A DNA stretch of 64,000 nt, taken from NCBI GenBank assembly GCA_016748015.1, contig JAAOMT010000261.1, forward strand, positions 509,008 through 573,007, read 5' to 3'. Position 1 is the stretch's first letter. Each line of letters opens with the position of its first letter. Both the position numbers and the translations under genes were made by a program. This DNA comes from Geosiphon pyriformis uo1. Taxonomy: Eukaryota > Fungi > Glomeromycota. Below the pieces are notes generated by a model. That model was not told where the DNA came from, made no database searches, and saw only the letters and a list, made by a program, of their open reading frames with translations. This document shows, one piece after another, positions 1-12,997 of this stretch.

Positions 1-2
1 AC

Positions 3-1016
3 TGTTACTGGAGGTTTTTGGTCTCTTTTCTGTAATGTTGTTGATACCTGTTTGCTGTGAATTCACATTTTCTGGATGTGGTTGAACCTCCAGTAACTGA
101 ATTTTCTCTTCAAATTATAGGAGATAATTTGAACTGCTGGGCTTATAAGTGGAATGGTCAATTCCATGCCAGTTACTTTATATAGTTACATTGTAGTAAA
201 CATCAACTCTTTCCCAGGAATTACTTATCTGGAAGCTTACTAAAAAATGTGTAGTTACTTTGCTGTGAAAGTCAACTCTTTTACAGGAATCTCATCTGTA
301 GGCTACTTTAATAATTGTAATAAGAAAAGAAAAGAAAAATAAAAGAAATGTAAAAGAAATAGGATTTTATCAAGGGAAACGTTTTCTATCCAGGCCTGGA
401 GTCACTAACAGTTTACTGAAATTGGTAGCTAATCAATTTCAAAACGTTAGTTGGGTTTTGAGGATTTTCCAAGTGCAATAATTAAAGAATTTGGTTTTTC
501 GAATTATTTGATATTTATTTCTTTTTGTGTGTGTAGAAATGGTTCTAAGTGATAAATCTAAAGTAAGATACATTTTCCAGAAGAGAAAAGCTCTTCTTTT
601 ATACAACTTGTTGTAGTACTAATCTATGAACTTGCACTTTTTCTCTTTGCTCAAATTTCGGTGAACTAAAAATACATTTTGATAAACTACAAGTTATTTC
701 ACTGAACTATTGATTAATTTGGGTGAACTATTCATAATTTCGGCGAATTTCTGTAAATTTCGGTGAATTTTTTATAAATTTCGGCGAATTTCTGTAAATT
801 TCGGCAAATTTTTGAATGTTACAAAGTTCAGGGTATTGTGTAATTTGATAATCCTACTTTCTGTTATACTAATTAGATTATTTTAATTGAATCGTGATAT
901 GTGATAATTGATTAAATAATAAATGATAATTTGAAATGATATTAATATATTAATTAATTATAGGAATTATAAGGGTAATTTTATGCTAATTAATAGCTAA
1001 AATTCTACTGGTAACA
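3..1016 (-). mobile_element. Probable solo LTR (S), related to the element D LTR, inserted in ORF3 of element E
   Basis: TGTTAC...GTAACA termini. The reverse complement of 3-30 matches the D LTR end (GAAAAGAGACCAAAAACCTCCAGTAACA). Right flank is CCAC; left flank ends AC, compatible with a 4-bp TSD rather than a PBS. Only 2 nt of the left flank are visible. Confidence 0.8.
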
Positions 1017-1268
1017 CCACCAATTCCAAGTTTCTATAGTCAACTCTTGATAGTGAGTAACTTTTGGTTGTGTTTCTATTGCCAGTTTCACTTTTGCAAT
1101 TATTTTGTCAACAGTGTTTTCTGTTTTTCTCTGTGTTTTATCTTATGTTCTTTTTCTGGTGTTTGTGTATCTAATAGTTTGTTGATTGATTGTAATTTCT
1201 ATTTTTTGTTGTTGTATTAGTTAAAAGAGTTGTTGTGCTAGTGAGTGAATGCTGTCAGTAATCACCAT
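1017..1268 (-). pseudogene. Element E ORF3, N-terminal part (truncated by the solo LTR)
   Basis: ATG at 1268; MVITDSIHSLAQQL matches the ORF3 start of A and the other families. Confidence 0.65.
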
Positions 1269-1328
1269 TTTCTGCTGTCTTTTTGTTGGATATACTGTGT
1301 GTTTATATACTCTTTTGATTGTTTAATT

Positions 1329-1558
1329 TTATGTGTTTGGTTCAATAATTATGATTGGTTTTAGATCTTATAAAATCTCATCTGGTTTGACTAGTATTCT
1401 CTGTACTTCTAATTGTAGAATATTGTTGGTGGATAACAATGCTATATGGTAATATGGTTTCAGTCAATCACCATGTGCTGTTTTGGTTAAGATTTTGTTG
1501 TTCAATCTTAATTTATAAGCTCCATTTTCAAGAATTTCTTTTATGTGAAATAGTCTAT
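1329..1558 (-). pseudogene. Element E integrase C-terminus
   Basis: FHIKEILENGAYKL...DLKPIIIIEPNT*; continues the fragment at 41055-42224. Confidence 0.85.
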
Positions 1559-2379
1559 TGTTACTCATAAAATATAAGAAATATATTAGCATATAAATTA
1601 GCCAATCAAAAGTAGCTGTAGTCAATGTGGAATTCCAGGATTCTCATATAAAAAATTGCAGGATTCCAGAATTCCAGGATTCCTCTCAAAAAGAATTGCA
1701 AAATTTCTGGTGTAAAGAATTGAAGAATTGAGGAATCTTAATTATGTATATATATTGGTAGTGTTAAAAGTAAAAAAAAACAGACCTTCTAATTTAGATT
1801 TAATCTAAACAACTTTCCATTCACAAATATCAATAAATAATTATTCTTTATCTCCAATCTATTCTCTACTATCAACATGAAGTGTTGATAGTAATTGATA
1901 TTTAATCATACTGGAACAATAGCTCTTGATCATGGCTATTGATGGAATACTAACTTGCAATTGCTTTTGTTTAAATTCTTAATCTTCTTTATTTTCTTTT
2001 ATTTTCTTTTATTTTTTTTTTATTGCTGTTGTATTTCTTTTTGGTTGACTAATTAATTAAGAATTAAAGTACTGAATTATAGACATCATAGTGACTGGTA
2101 AAAGACCTGTGAAACAAGGGTAGAACACTTATAGATTTGAGGATAGCTTACCAGAAGGATTATTAGCCACCATGCTGAAAAAGAAATTTGACAGAATTGC
2201 AATTCCAGGAGGCTACTAAAACAACTATTGAATCTCTGTTCATTATATAAAGAACTCAACAAAAACTTTCAGATACAAACAACTTTCAGATTACTAATAC
2301 CACCATCGCAAATAGCTTCTGAGCACCAAGTTATGGGTTTTGTTATTTGATTTAAAACCCCAAATAATCATCTGTAACA
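1559..2379 (+). repeat. 5' LTR of A
   Basis: TGTTAC...GTAACA; direct repeat of 40192-41054; CCAAT at 1602, ATTCCAGGA-type repeats ~1629-1740, TATATATA at 1747. Confidence 0.92.
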
Positions 2380-2395
2380 TTTAGTGCTCCTTGTG
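2380..2395 (+). promoter_or_regulatory. Primer-binding site of A (decayed TGGTGCTCC)
   Basis: TTTAGTGCTCC directly after the LTR; E retains TTTGGTGCTCCC. Confidence 0.75.
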
Positions 2396-2441
2396 AGATA
2401 TAACTCTACAGAGAACTAGTACCAACAACAAGCATCCAAAA

Positions 2442-2936
2442 GTGGCAGAATTAGAAATCATAGAAGCAAACCATTTAGGATTTGCCAAATCCTTGTTTCA
2501 ATAATACAGCCAACAATTAGAATTAAGCAATAATTATTTCCCAGCAGAATCAGTCTTTAACTTTTACATCAATAATAAAATCACAGACTGCTTAGGGAAA
2601 ACAGTTAACATTGAATCCGCAAGAAAAAATTTCTATACAGAATTGTTTCAACATACCAGTTTACTAAGAAACTACAGTTCCATACCAATCATCAGGAAAA
2701 TCAATTAAACTATCAAAAAGTACACTCAACAATAATTCCCTATTACTTATGCAAACAAAAACAAGGGAAGACTGCAAACACCAGTAGTAATACCAAAACA
2801 GATACAACCACCCACTTAGAAGAAAACCAGAGTTGAATTACTAACCAAACCATCATACTATTATACACCAGAAAGTGCCATCAATATTTTCTCAACAGAC
2901 ACATCCACATCAAATGCGACATTAACCTTTGAATAA
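2442..2936 (+). pseudogene. gag-pol: Element A gag, N-terminal segment
   Basis: Homologous to E 50776-51390; internal stops; interrupted by B. Confidence 0.8.
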
Positions 2937-3974
2937 TGTTATGAATAAACTTGGTGGGGTATGATGGTAATGTTTGGTGCTTTAATTTGGAGTTCTGGAT
3001 TGGTCAGCTTTTGTCATATCAGTGTTATTAGTCTTTGAAAGTCTATTCCTGCACGTGAATTTACCCGTTGAGTTCTTTGGTTATAAGACACAGAGTTGGT
3101 ATCTTGTCAATTGCAACATTTTTCTTTAAAGGTGAGCTTTTTTTTCCGAGCTAATGAGTATGGTCATTAGGGTCTGGTATTGTCTTTTTGCCCTTCTGGT
3201 AAGCTAACAAGATAAAGTTAATATCCAAAAACCTAAGGGGAGCTTCCCTCTTTTACCAGGCTATCACAAAGTCTATTCCCAGACAGTCAATTTTACTATG
3301 TTGCTGCTCCACAAAAGAAAAAAAAAATAAAGAAAAAAAAAAAAAGAAAATAAAAGAGAATAAAAAGGGAAAGAGTAAAAGAAATTAGTATCGTCAATTA
3401 CCATGATCAAGAGTGATTGGTCCAAGTCATTAATGATTTAAGGTAGTTTATGCTAAGAGCATCTGTTCTGGAATGAGGTTAGGAAGTAATAAATCAATTG
3501 AAACATAGAAGTTGGAAAACTCTAGGTTTGTAATTTGGAATATTTGATTTATTTTGAAATCTATGTACAGACTAAGATATAAGAGAGTAAAGGAAATTTA
3601 TTCTTGTCTAGCTGTTTGTTCTTTTAACTTCTATGACTACTCATTTTTATACATTCTTTTGGTTTTACAGGATTGCTTACAATTGTTATATTATCACTAG
3701 CTATTGTTTCATTATTTCTATTATTGCTTCGTTATTTCTGTTATTGCTTTGTTATTCTATATTATTGCTAGTTATCTTATGTTATAACACATTATCTGGT
3801 ATTATTACATGCTATTCTGTGTTATTCTATGTTATAACATGTTATCCTGTGTTATCCTAAGTTATAACGCATTATTCCACATTATTGCACATTATCCTGT
3901 GTTATGTCATGTTTTGTTCATGTTTTGGTCACATTTCTCTCCTAACTTGAATTGGTTTTTTTACTTGGGTAATA
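2937..3974 (-). repeat. 3' LTR of B
   Basis: Direct repeat of 11978-12993; ~10-bp TGTTAT-core tandem array ~3690-3920; minus-strand TATAAAA at 3645-3651. Confidence 0.92.
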
Positions 3975-3988
3975 TTATCCCTCTCTTT

Positions 3989-4723
3989 TTAAAATTGAGC
4001 TCCTGCAAAACCATATGTATCTGTTGTTATGGCTTCATTCGTGTAATGTTAAATGGTTGCCTCGAATATTGCCTCTTGTAGATCTTTGAACTGTTGATTG
4101 GTTATTCGTCCTATGTTGTTAATCATTATGGTTTTCATAGATCTGTTTAGTAGTACATTTGGACAATGTTGAAAGGTGGTGTATAGTCGGTATGCTGCTT
4201 TGTAATATAGGGTTAAGTTGTTTTTTCCTATGAATTTTTCTACTTGTTGCATTGTTTTTTTGTTGAACATTCTCTGGTTAAGGTTTTCATATGGTGTTTT
4301 CAAGTCAAGCTGCTTTCCAATTTTGTAGAACCAATAGGCTGGCAGAAGTTTTTTTTTCTATTTCTGGGCATTGTCTAGTGTCTATTCCTCTGTTTCGGGG
4401 AGTTTGGTCCTCTAAGCCAAAGCTTGTTTTATTTCTTCAAGCTCAGGGACCAAGTATCTTCTTTTATAAAATAATTCCCATTCTTTCACTCTTTCTTCTC
4501 CACCTCCCATCTGAAGGCAATTTTTCTTCCAATATTGCCTTTCGGATGGTATGTAGGAGAGAGAATGTTTAGTTCTTTTTGAACTTTCATCTTCTCCTCT
4601 CCTGCTTTTATCCTTGTACCATATCTCTTTTTTATCAATTGTTATTTTTATTTTAGCAGGAGATTGTTAAATTGCATCAAACAGTTGTTTCGAGAGTTGT
4701 AAAATTTGATCTAAAAGGTCCAT
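3989..4723 (-). pseudogene. Element B ORF3 (unknown function)
   Basis: MDLLDQILQLSKQL...YKAAYRLYTTFQHCP...ITNQQFKDLQEAIF...FAGAQF*. Confidence 0.7.
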
Positions 4724-4805
4724 GTTAAACTTTTGTTGACTTATTTTTGTTGTTTCAATGGTTATATATACTTGAATTTTCCAATTAAATAGTTGCATAT
4801 TACTT

Positions 4806-6173
4806 TTATGTTTCAATGATGATGATTGGTTCCAGATCTCATGGTATATTTTCTGGTCTGATTAATGGAATTTGTGTTCCTAACTGAGGTATTAATGACA
4901 ATGACTGCTGTTTTGCATGATAAATTTTCAATCAGTTTCCATAAGCTACTTTCTTTAGAATCTTGTCTTCCAATCATAATTTGTAAGCTCTATTTCCTAA
5001 AGCTTTGTGTATATGGAATAGACCGTCCCACTTTAGGTTGAACTTTCCACTCCACTGTTTTTCAGCTTTTGTACAGTGTAACAGTACTTGGTCTCTAATC
5101 TTGAATTTCATTGGTTGTTCAGACAGACAATCATCATGTCTTTCCTTTTGCCATTTTTGAGCATTACTAATATTATCAGCTGCTGTTTTTCGGTTGTTTT
5201 CTAATGTTTCCATTAGCTGGTACATTCTTTGGTATAAGGTAGCTTCAAAATTCTTTTCGGTGATTGTTTCTGTTGGGTAGGACAATATTTTTTATTCTAT
5301 AGGTAATGTAGCTTTTCTTCTATAGACTAGTTCAAATGGTGTAAATTGTGTCATATTTTGCTTTAGTATTTGGTATGCAAAGAGTACTGAAGGTATGAAT
5401 AAGTCCCATTTTTGTTCATTTTTTTGACTTATTTTTGCTAGTGCTTCACACAGTGTTCGGTTAAACCTTTTTACCAGTCTGTTTGTTTGTGGGTGGTATA
5501 GTGACAATAAAGGATGTTTTATACCAAACCGTTGGCTTAGTTCAATTAGTGTATTATTAACAAAATGTGTTTCCTGATCAGATAATAATTCTTTTGGGCA
5601 TTTATGTTGGCAAATTAGGTCTTGATGCACAAATTCGGCTACTGTTTTGGTGTTAGCCACTTGGATTGCTCTGGCTTCTGGCCATTTTGTAAGATAGTCT
5701 ACTGCTATTGTGATGTAACAATTTTCTTTGGATGTTATGGAGAAAGGACCAACCAAATCGATCTCAATTCTATTAAATAGATTTCTAACTGGAATGGGTC
5801 AAAGTGGTTCTGTTATTCTGGCTCTTCCTCTTCACTGACATAAGTTACAATTGAGAACATATTCAAAGATATTCTTATATATTATAGGCCAATAGTATAG
5901 ATTTGTTGTTCTTTCCAAAGTCGTATCTTTGTTGAAGTGTTTTGAAGTTGAGTCAGAATGCATACTATATAATATAGCTTCTTTTTCACTGTCTTTGATT
6001 AATCATTGTGGGGTGGGGTGGTTTTGTTGTTTTTGATGATAGAGTTGGTCATTTTGAATAAAGTAATTTCGTGCTTGTTTCTATATGATATTTTGTTTCT
6101 GTTAAGATAAAATCTCCTTAAAACATAGTGTCAATAGGTACTGATGTAATCGCTGATAAGTAAGTGTGTCCAT
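4806..6173 (-). pseudogene. Element B integrase (separate ORF)
   Basis: IDLVGP, VDYLTKWPEA, LSDQETHF, YHPQTN..V.RFNRTL, KWDGLF; ATG at 6173. Confidence 0.9.
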
Positions 6174-6183
6174 GGGTCCGAGA

Positions 6184-9100
6184 TTAGGTTTGTGGCATCC
6201 TCGACAAACTGTCGGCATTGGTGTTCTTGGATCTTTCCTTGTAATGGACTTTGAATGGGAATTGTTGCAGATAAGTACTCCATCTTGCATATTTCCCTTC
6301 TAGCTGTAGATTGTTGAGTAATCAAATAAGTCTTTTGTGGTCAGTATATAAGTCAAATGGTTGACTAAGGTAATGTTTCCATGTCTGTACTGTCAAATAG
6401 ATGGCGAGGCATTTCAAATTGGTTGTGCTGTAATTTTTTTCTACTGAACTAGTGCTGTGGCTGGCATAAGCAATTAGATGTTCTCTATTGTCCAGTCCTA
6501 TCTGTGATAAGACTGCTCCTAGAGCATTTTCGAGGTGTCTGTAGTGACAATAAATCATTTAGTGAAGTCTGAATAGATCAATATGGGGGAGGTAATTAAT
6601 CATTGCTTGAGATAGTCAAATGTTTTCTGTTGATTTTCCTTCCACAGGTATGGTACATATTTGGACAACAAGTGATGGAATGGTTTTGCAATAGTTGAGA
6701 AACCTTTGACAAATTGACAATAGTATCTTGCCAATTCTAAAAATTCTCATAATTCTCTGAGGTTGATTGGGGCTGAAAAATTTCTAACTTTCTGGACTTT
6801 GTCTGAGTTGGGTTTGATTCTGTCTTTGCTAATCACGTGTCTTAGGAATTTCAATTTGGTTTTTCCAAAAAAACATTTCTCGGGATTGAGTTTTAATCCA
6901 GCACTATGAAGGCATTCGAAGACTTATTGAAGATAGAGTAAATGATCATCGAACATTTCAGAGAAGACATTGGTGTTGTCTAGATATACTATGACTAATT
7001 TCTACAGGATTCCCTTGTATACGACATTCATGAGGCATTAAAACATGGCAAAAGCATTACAGAGTCCAAAAGGCATTATATTAAACTCAAAGTTTCTATC
7101 TGGAGTAGTAAATGCTGTCTTTCTTTTGTCTCTGGGGTCTATTTCAATTTGCCAATATTCACTGGCTAGATCTAATGATGAAAACCATTTCTTTTTTCCT
7201 AAATTGTCTAGGATTTCTTGAATAAGAGGAGTGGGATAGCTATCTTCTCGGATAATGCTATTTAATTTCTGGTAATCCACACAGAATCATACCTTTCTGT
7301 TCTTCTTTGTGACTAAGACTACTGGGGAAGACCAAGGACTTAAAAATTCTTTGATTAAGCCATTATCGAGCATATGTTGTATTTCTTGCTTGATTAAGTT
7401 GTTACCTGATGGGGGGACTTGGTAAGCTCATTGCTTAATAGATCAAGCATCTCTTGTGTCAGTTTGGTGCTTCACAATGTCTGTACATCTGAACTCATTT
7501 TGCTGGCAAAGACATCAGCATACTGATTCAGAAAGACTTTAAGTTGCATTTGCTGTAAAGTGCTCAGATTTTCCAGGTTTAGTTTGTTGATTTCCTTGGG
7601 CATAAACAGGTAACTTTCTTTTGGCAAGTTCCATACTTGTGAGGTAATGTTACAAAACAGGAATAATTGTGCAAAATCTAGAATAGACTGGGGTTTTTTT
7701 GGATTCTGAATATCTGCAGATATTGAACTGACAAGGGTTCCCTTAGGAATCTTTATGAGATCCTTAGTCGGATTGTGAATGGAAATTTTGAAGTGTTTAT
7801 AAGCCTTTGTTGGTAGATATAAGTTAGTAACATCGGCTAGGGAACAAATTTCATGGTTGGCTTTAAATAACAAGACTTGGTCTTGGTTTTTTCGATTCAC
7901 TTTGAGAATATATTGTCGATAGGGAGGGATGGAAATAACAGTGTCGGTGTAGATAAGTTCTACCTGGTCACTGTCTTCCTCTGTAAAATTGACTGGTACG
8001 TTTTTTCTTTCACTTGATCCAAACTTATTGATTCCTTGGGCAGTGAAACCTAATTCTTTGCAAGTAATAACTGGAGCTAATTGTGGTATTTTCACTAGAG
8101 ACAGGAAGATAGCTTGGGCTATTTTGTTGTGTGATTCTATTTTGTAAGACCTATCCAAATTGTTCTGTAGCATCACAATGATATTTCCAGTATATCCAGC
8201 ATTGATGATTCCTCTTTTTATATCAATTTCTTTCTTTGTGAGGCTAGATCTAGATGCTACTTGTATCATAATACTAACTGAAATTTCTAATGCTATTTTG
8301 AGATCTATGCTTATTAGGGAGTGTGGGACTATGACTAAAGGTGATTGTTCAGGATATCATAAATCAAAGCCAGCATTAGTGTTATGTGCTCTTTCAGGGC
8401 AAATTCCCTCATTATTATCACTATACCATTTCAATTCTAATTCTTTGGAGAGGTCGGAATATGCGAGATACTGCTCTGTTTCAGTAGTTTCATTTGGCTC
8501 TTGAAACAGCATGTCCTTAACTATTAGCTTGGCTTCTTCCTTGGGTTCGAGTAGTTTGTCAATGGGGTATAATGTTCTTGGTAGTGGATTGAACATGAAG
8601 TCACATTTGTTACAGTACTGGAAATGGCAAGGGATTAGGCAATGATCACATAATTTTGTGTTTAGGTTAGCCAATCTCTGTTCCTGTTCTTCTCGAGTGG
8701 AAGCCAATTCCTGGTATTGATCCTGAAATGTGTCTGGGTCATTAGTGAAAAAATCTTTGGTAATGTAATTGAATCTATCATATTCAGGTACAAATGGATT
8801 TTCTTTGATGTCTTGTATTTCGCTGTGTATGGCACCTTCGGCTTTGGCACTTGCTATTTTCCATATTTCATGTTCATCATGTGAGTACCCATCCAATCAA
8901 TTGAGTGCTCTTCTCTAGGTGTTCTCAATTAGGATTCCCTTTCATACCCAATCATTGATCAAGATAGTATATTGACATACTTTGTTGCATGTCTCTTCTC
9001 TGCCAAATACGTCATTCTAGAATCTTTTATCTAGTAGGATCTTGCTGCAGGCAAGACATGGCATATTGTCCTATTTGCCTTGTCATTTTGGTCACCCAAA

Positions 9101-11915
9101 TTTTTTCACCATGCAAGATTTACAGTAGTATTTAGTGGCAGTGAGCCATTTTTTGTCATCTCTGATACATGTGCACATCGAAGATAGCTTCTTTCTACAA
9201 TCAACACAGATTAGCTTTGGAGTTTGATAAAATAGGTTTCTTTGATTGCTAGTTGGGTAGCCCCATGATGAAGATTCTTCTTCAGCTCTTCTTTTTCCCT
9301 TTTCTTTTCAGGTTGGTGGTAGTGGTAACTCCATTTGGAAGTTATCTGTCCAAGAAACTTGGTATGTCTCTATTGTTGGTAGAGAGTTTGTTTCTTTGAA
9401 TTCTATTAATGGCTGCTCAAAGTTTTGGATTTTGAAATGTCCACATGTAGCTGGCACTTGTGCATGTTGTTCATTGAAGGTGATTTGTAATTTCTGCATA
9501 TTCCAGTTGAGAATAGCATTGGTCTTGGCTAGCCAATTGTTTTCGACAAGAGCTTAGTATTAAGTGGCTTCCATGATTAATACTTTGGTCAGAATTTGAA
9601 TTCCATTTATTTCAAAGGGGAAGTTGTCAATCTCTCCTATTGGGGTTTTAGTGTTTCCATTGGCAGTGATTATCTTAACTGTAGCAGCATAATCCACTTG
9701 GCAACCTAGTTGATCCATGAGTTGTTTTGTAATTATACTATCTGTAAATTTACTGTTGAGAATTAGCTTAATGTCTAAATTTCCGACTCTAGCATCGGCA
9801 TACATAGCTGTTATTGGTTTGTCCGGGTTGATAGCAGCTTCACTAAAAAGATTGGTTGTTTTCAGGCTGTTGATATTGAAAAGAAATATAGTGGCAAGAG
9901 TCATGTTTTCCATAATAGTAGTGGGTGGAATGTTACTGGTCATCATAAGTTGATTTAGTGACAAAAGGTCGGGCACTTTGCTTATGTTTCTCTCTTTAGC
10001 AAATGAAGCATTACAGAAATTCTGAGTTTCTGTAAGGTTAAGATATGAGGCCTGATTAGGGTATCCAGTTGGTATAGGCCATAATGGGGTATTGTCCTAA
10101 TTTACAGATCAGGATGGTCCGTTCAAGGGTTGTGTCTGGTTTCCACTACTATTTTGCCAGCTTTGGCTGTAATCTATGGCACAAGGCTTGGACTGGTTAT
10201 ATATGGAGTTTTGATACTGAGGCACTGTTTGAGCCAGCGGAAGTTAATAGTAACTCGGAAGCAGTTGGGGTGAATATTGATTTTGATATTAAGAGGCATA
10301 ATATGAGAGTCCTGTGGTTGGGAGATATTATGATTGATATTGATACTGGTTTCCTTGATTCTGATCAGCTGTTTTCTTTTGGCAGTTCTGCACAACATGA
10401 CCCAGTTTTTGATAGTAATAACAATTATGGAGATCGAATTTCCAAGATTGTTGTCATTGTTGTCAATTCTGTTACTGTTGATATCAGTTATTGTTGTCAT
10501 TGTCTTTTTGTTGAAGTGACTAATAGGTTTTTGTTATACTGGCCAGGAATCCCTCAATTTTCTGAGTTAATTTCTTACTTAATTGAGTTATCTTTGCATC
10601 GATATTGGATGCTCTATTGATGACCAAGTTAATGGCTTGAGTATGATGGCTTCTTGCTCTGTGGACTCAAAATCACGGACAAAGATAACTGCTTCGTGTA
10701 GGTTTGCTGGGTGGCAAGGTTTCACTGATTATAAGATACTACTTCTTAACCCTTTAACAAATTGATTAAGAATTTGTGCTATGATGTAGTAATCTCTTTC
10801 AATGGTCTGTATTTGACAAAGGATTTGATTGAATCATCCAAGATAAGTGATCACTGCTTCATGATCTTTTTGTTTAATTATGCTGAATTGATTCTGCAAT
10901 CTGATTAGAGTATTAGGGTCACAAAAGTATCATAGAAAAGCAAGCTTGAAAGCGGCAAAGTTGGTTGGCTTTTCTGCCAGACTTTGATATCATGAGTCTG
11001 TGGTTCCAGTTAAAAAGAATGGCAGGGCTTGAATAGCTCTGTCTTTATCTCAATTGTTGGCAGTAATTGCTTTTTCGGCTTCCATGATCCATAAGTATGC
11101 ATTGTCTTCTTCACCAGAGAATTTTTCTAACTTTGCAATATCTCTATAAGCCATGATCTGGTTGATAGGTGAAGGGCTTAAGAGGATTCTCCTGGTGTGA
11201 GTTCCAGTTGTTTTCCTTTGTCATTAGAACCAATAAGTTGTAAAATAATGGTTTCTTCTATAAAGGGAGTTGCTAATCCTGCTGAGATTTGTGCTGTTGG
11301 TAATTCTCAAGTTGCTGTATTCTCATCTGTTTTATTAATTTTGGGGGTTAGATTTCCAAACAATAATCTGTATTCTCCTAAGGATTTGGTTCAACTGTGG
11401 TGACCCCAAGGGTATGAATTTCCAGAAGTTTGTGGTGTTTCTGGGGGTGAGTTGAGTACAATTCTACTTTGGGATGTCTGATAATATGATAGAGTTGTTA
11501 GGGAAAGGAGCTTTGGTTTCTTGTTGACTGTGGATTGGGCTTGTTTCTTTTCAGTTGTTGAATTGAATCCAGACTCATCTCTTTCGGAGTCCAATTCCCC
11601 TGGTTGGTTTACTTGAGGAAAACGTTTTTTCATGTAATGTTTAATGTTTGTATCAATGATGCAAAGAGTTTCAGCAATGGCTTGTGTTGTGGTGTTTGTC
11701 AAGTATCCTAATAATTTGTGGTAGATCTGTTCACCAAGTTTTCCTGTATCTGTCAAATAGCCTAGTAAGCAGTTGATTTTCACGTTTATGTAGTCACAAA
11801 AATCACTTTCTGTGATAATGGATTTGGCTGGTATTTCTAGGTCTTCTCACAGGTGTTGAAATAATGCTCTTCTATATGGGGAGTGGTTCTTTTCTACTGT
11901 TCCAATAGTCACCAC
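6184..11915 (-). pseudogene. gag-pol: Element B Gag-PR-Cys-rich-dUTPase-RT-RNase H polyprotein
   Basis: Decayed CCHC (~10385-10425), LILNS protease remnant, AGFDL/SRSS/GYTG dUTPase, LDLASEYWQ, MPFGLCNA, YLDN, NADSLSR. Confidence 0.92.
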
Positions 11916-11977
11916 TTTCATGAATGTCTGGAGTGCTCTGTCTCTGTGGATTTTATAATCTCACAAGAAGCACCAAA

Positions 11978-12993
11978 TATTACAAGTAAACTTGGTAGGG
12001 TATGATGGTAATGTTTGGTGCTCTAATTTGGAGTTTTGGATTGGTCGGCTTTTGTCATATTAGTGTTATCAGTCTCTAAAGGTCTATTTCTGCACATGAA
12101 TTTACCTGTTGAGTTCTTTGGTTATAAGACACAGAGTTAGTATCTTGTTGATTACAATGTTTTTTCTTAAAAGTGAGCTTTCTTCTCCGAGTTAACGAGC
12201 ATGGTTGTTAAGGTCTGGCATTGTCTTTTCGCCCTTTTGGTAAGCTAACAAGATAAAGTTAATATCCAAAAACTTACGGGAAGCTTCTCTCTTTTACCAG
12301 GCTATTACAAAGTCTATTCTCAGACAGTCAGTTTTACTATGTTGCCACTCCACAAAAGAAAAAAAAAATAAAAAAAGAAAAAAAAAGAAAAAAAAAGAAA
12401 ATAAAAGAGAATAAAAAGGAAAAGAGTAAAAGAAATTAGTATTGTTAATTGTCATGATCAAGAGTAATTGATCCAAGTTATTAATGGTTCAAGATGGTTT
12501 ATGCTAAGAGCATCTGTCCTAGAATAGGGTTAGGAAGTAATAAATCAATTGAAACATAGAAGTTGGGAGACCCTAGGTTTGTAATTTGAAATATTTGATT
12601 TATTTCAGAATCTGTATACAGACTAAGATATGAGAAAGTAAAGGAAATTTATTCTTGTCTAACTGTTTAGCTGTCTGTTCTTTTAACTTCTATAACTACT
12701 TATTTTTATACATTCTTTTGGTTTTACAGGATTGCTTACAATTGTTACATTATCACTAGTTATTGCTTTATTATTCTATGTTATTGCTAATTATCTTATG
12801 TTATAACACATTATCTGGCATTATTATATGCTATTCTGTATTATTCTATGTTATAACATGTTATCCTGCATTATCCTAAGTTATAATGTGTTATTCCACA
12901 TTATAGCGTGTTATTCTGTGTTATGTCACATTTTGTTTATGTTTTGGTCATATTTTTCTTTTAACTTGAATCAGTTTTTCTACTCGGGTAACA
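11978..12993 (-). repeat. 5' LTR of B
   Basis: Direct repeat of 2937-3974; adjacent PBS TTTGGTGCTTCTTGTG on the minus strand. Confidence 0.92.
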
Positions 12994-12997
12994 ACAA

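Larger units (their letters stand above)
2937..12993 (-). mobile_element. Full-length Ty3/Gypsy element B (10057 bp)
   Basis: LTRs 2937-3974 and 11978-12993; TSD ATAA/ACAA; PBS ~11962-11977; PPT ~3975-3990. Confidence 0.92.

Noticed and set aside
655-815. CRISPR-like array (also 1629-1740, 3690-3920, 13636-13722)
   Set aside because: Degenerate tandem units inside LTRs, with no unique spacers and no cas genes, in a eukaryotic context.
3633-4081. Hydrophobic ORFs (also 12294-12476, 12828-13037) as membrane proteins
   Set aside because: They are translations of LTR tandem repeats and T-tracts and are not conserved between the paired LTRs.
10084-10620. Antisense ORFs over gag/pol (also 28943-29209, 29968-30434 and others)
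   Set aside because: Shadow frames of A-rich coding strands with no cross-family conservation seen.
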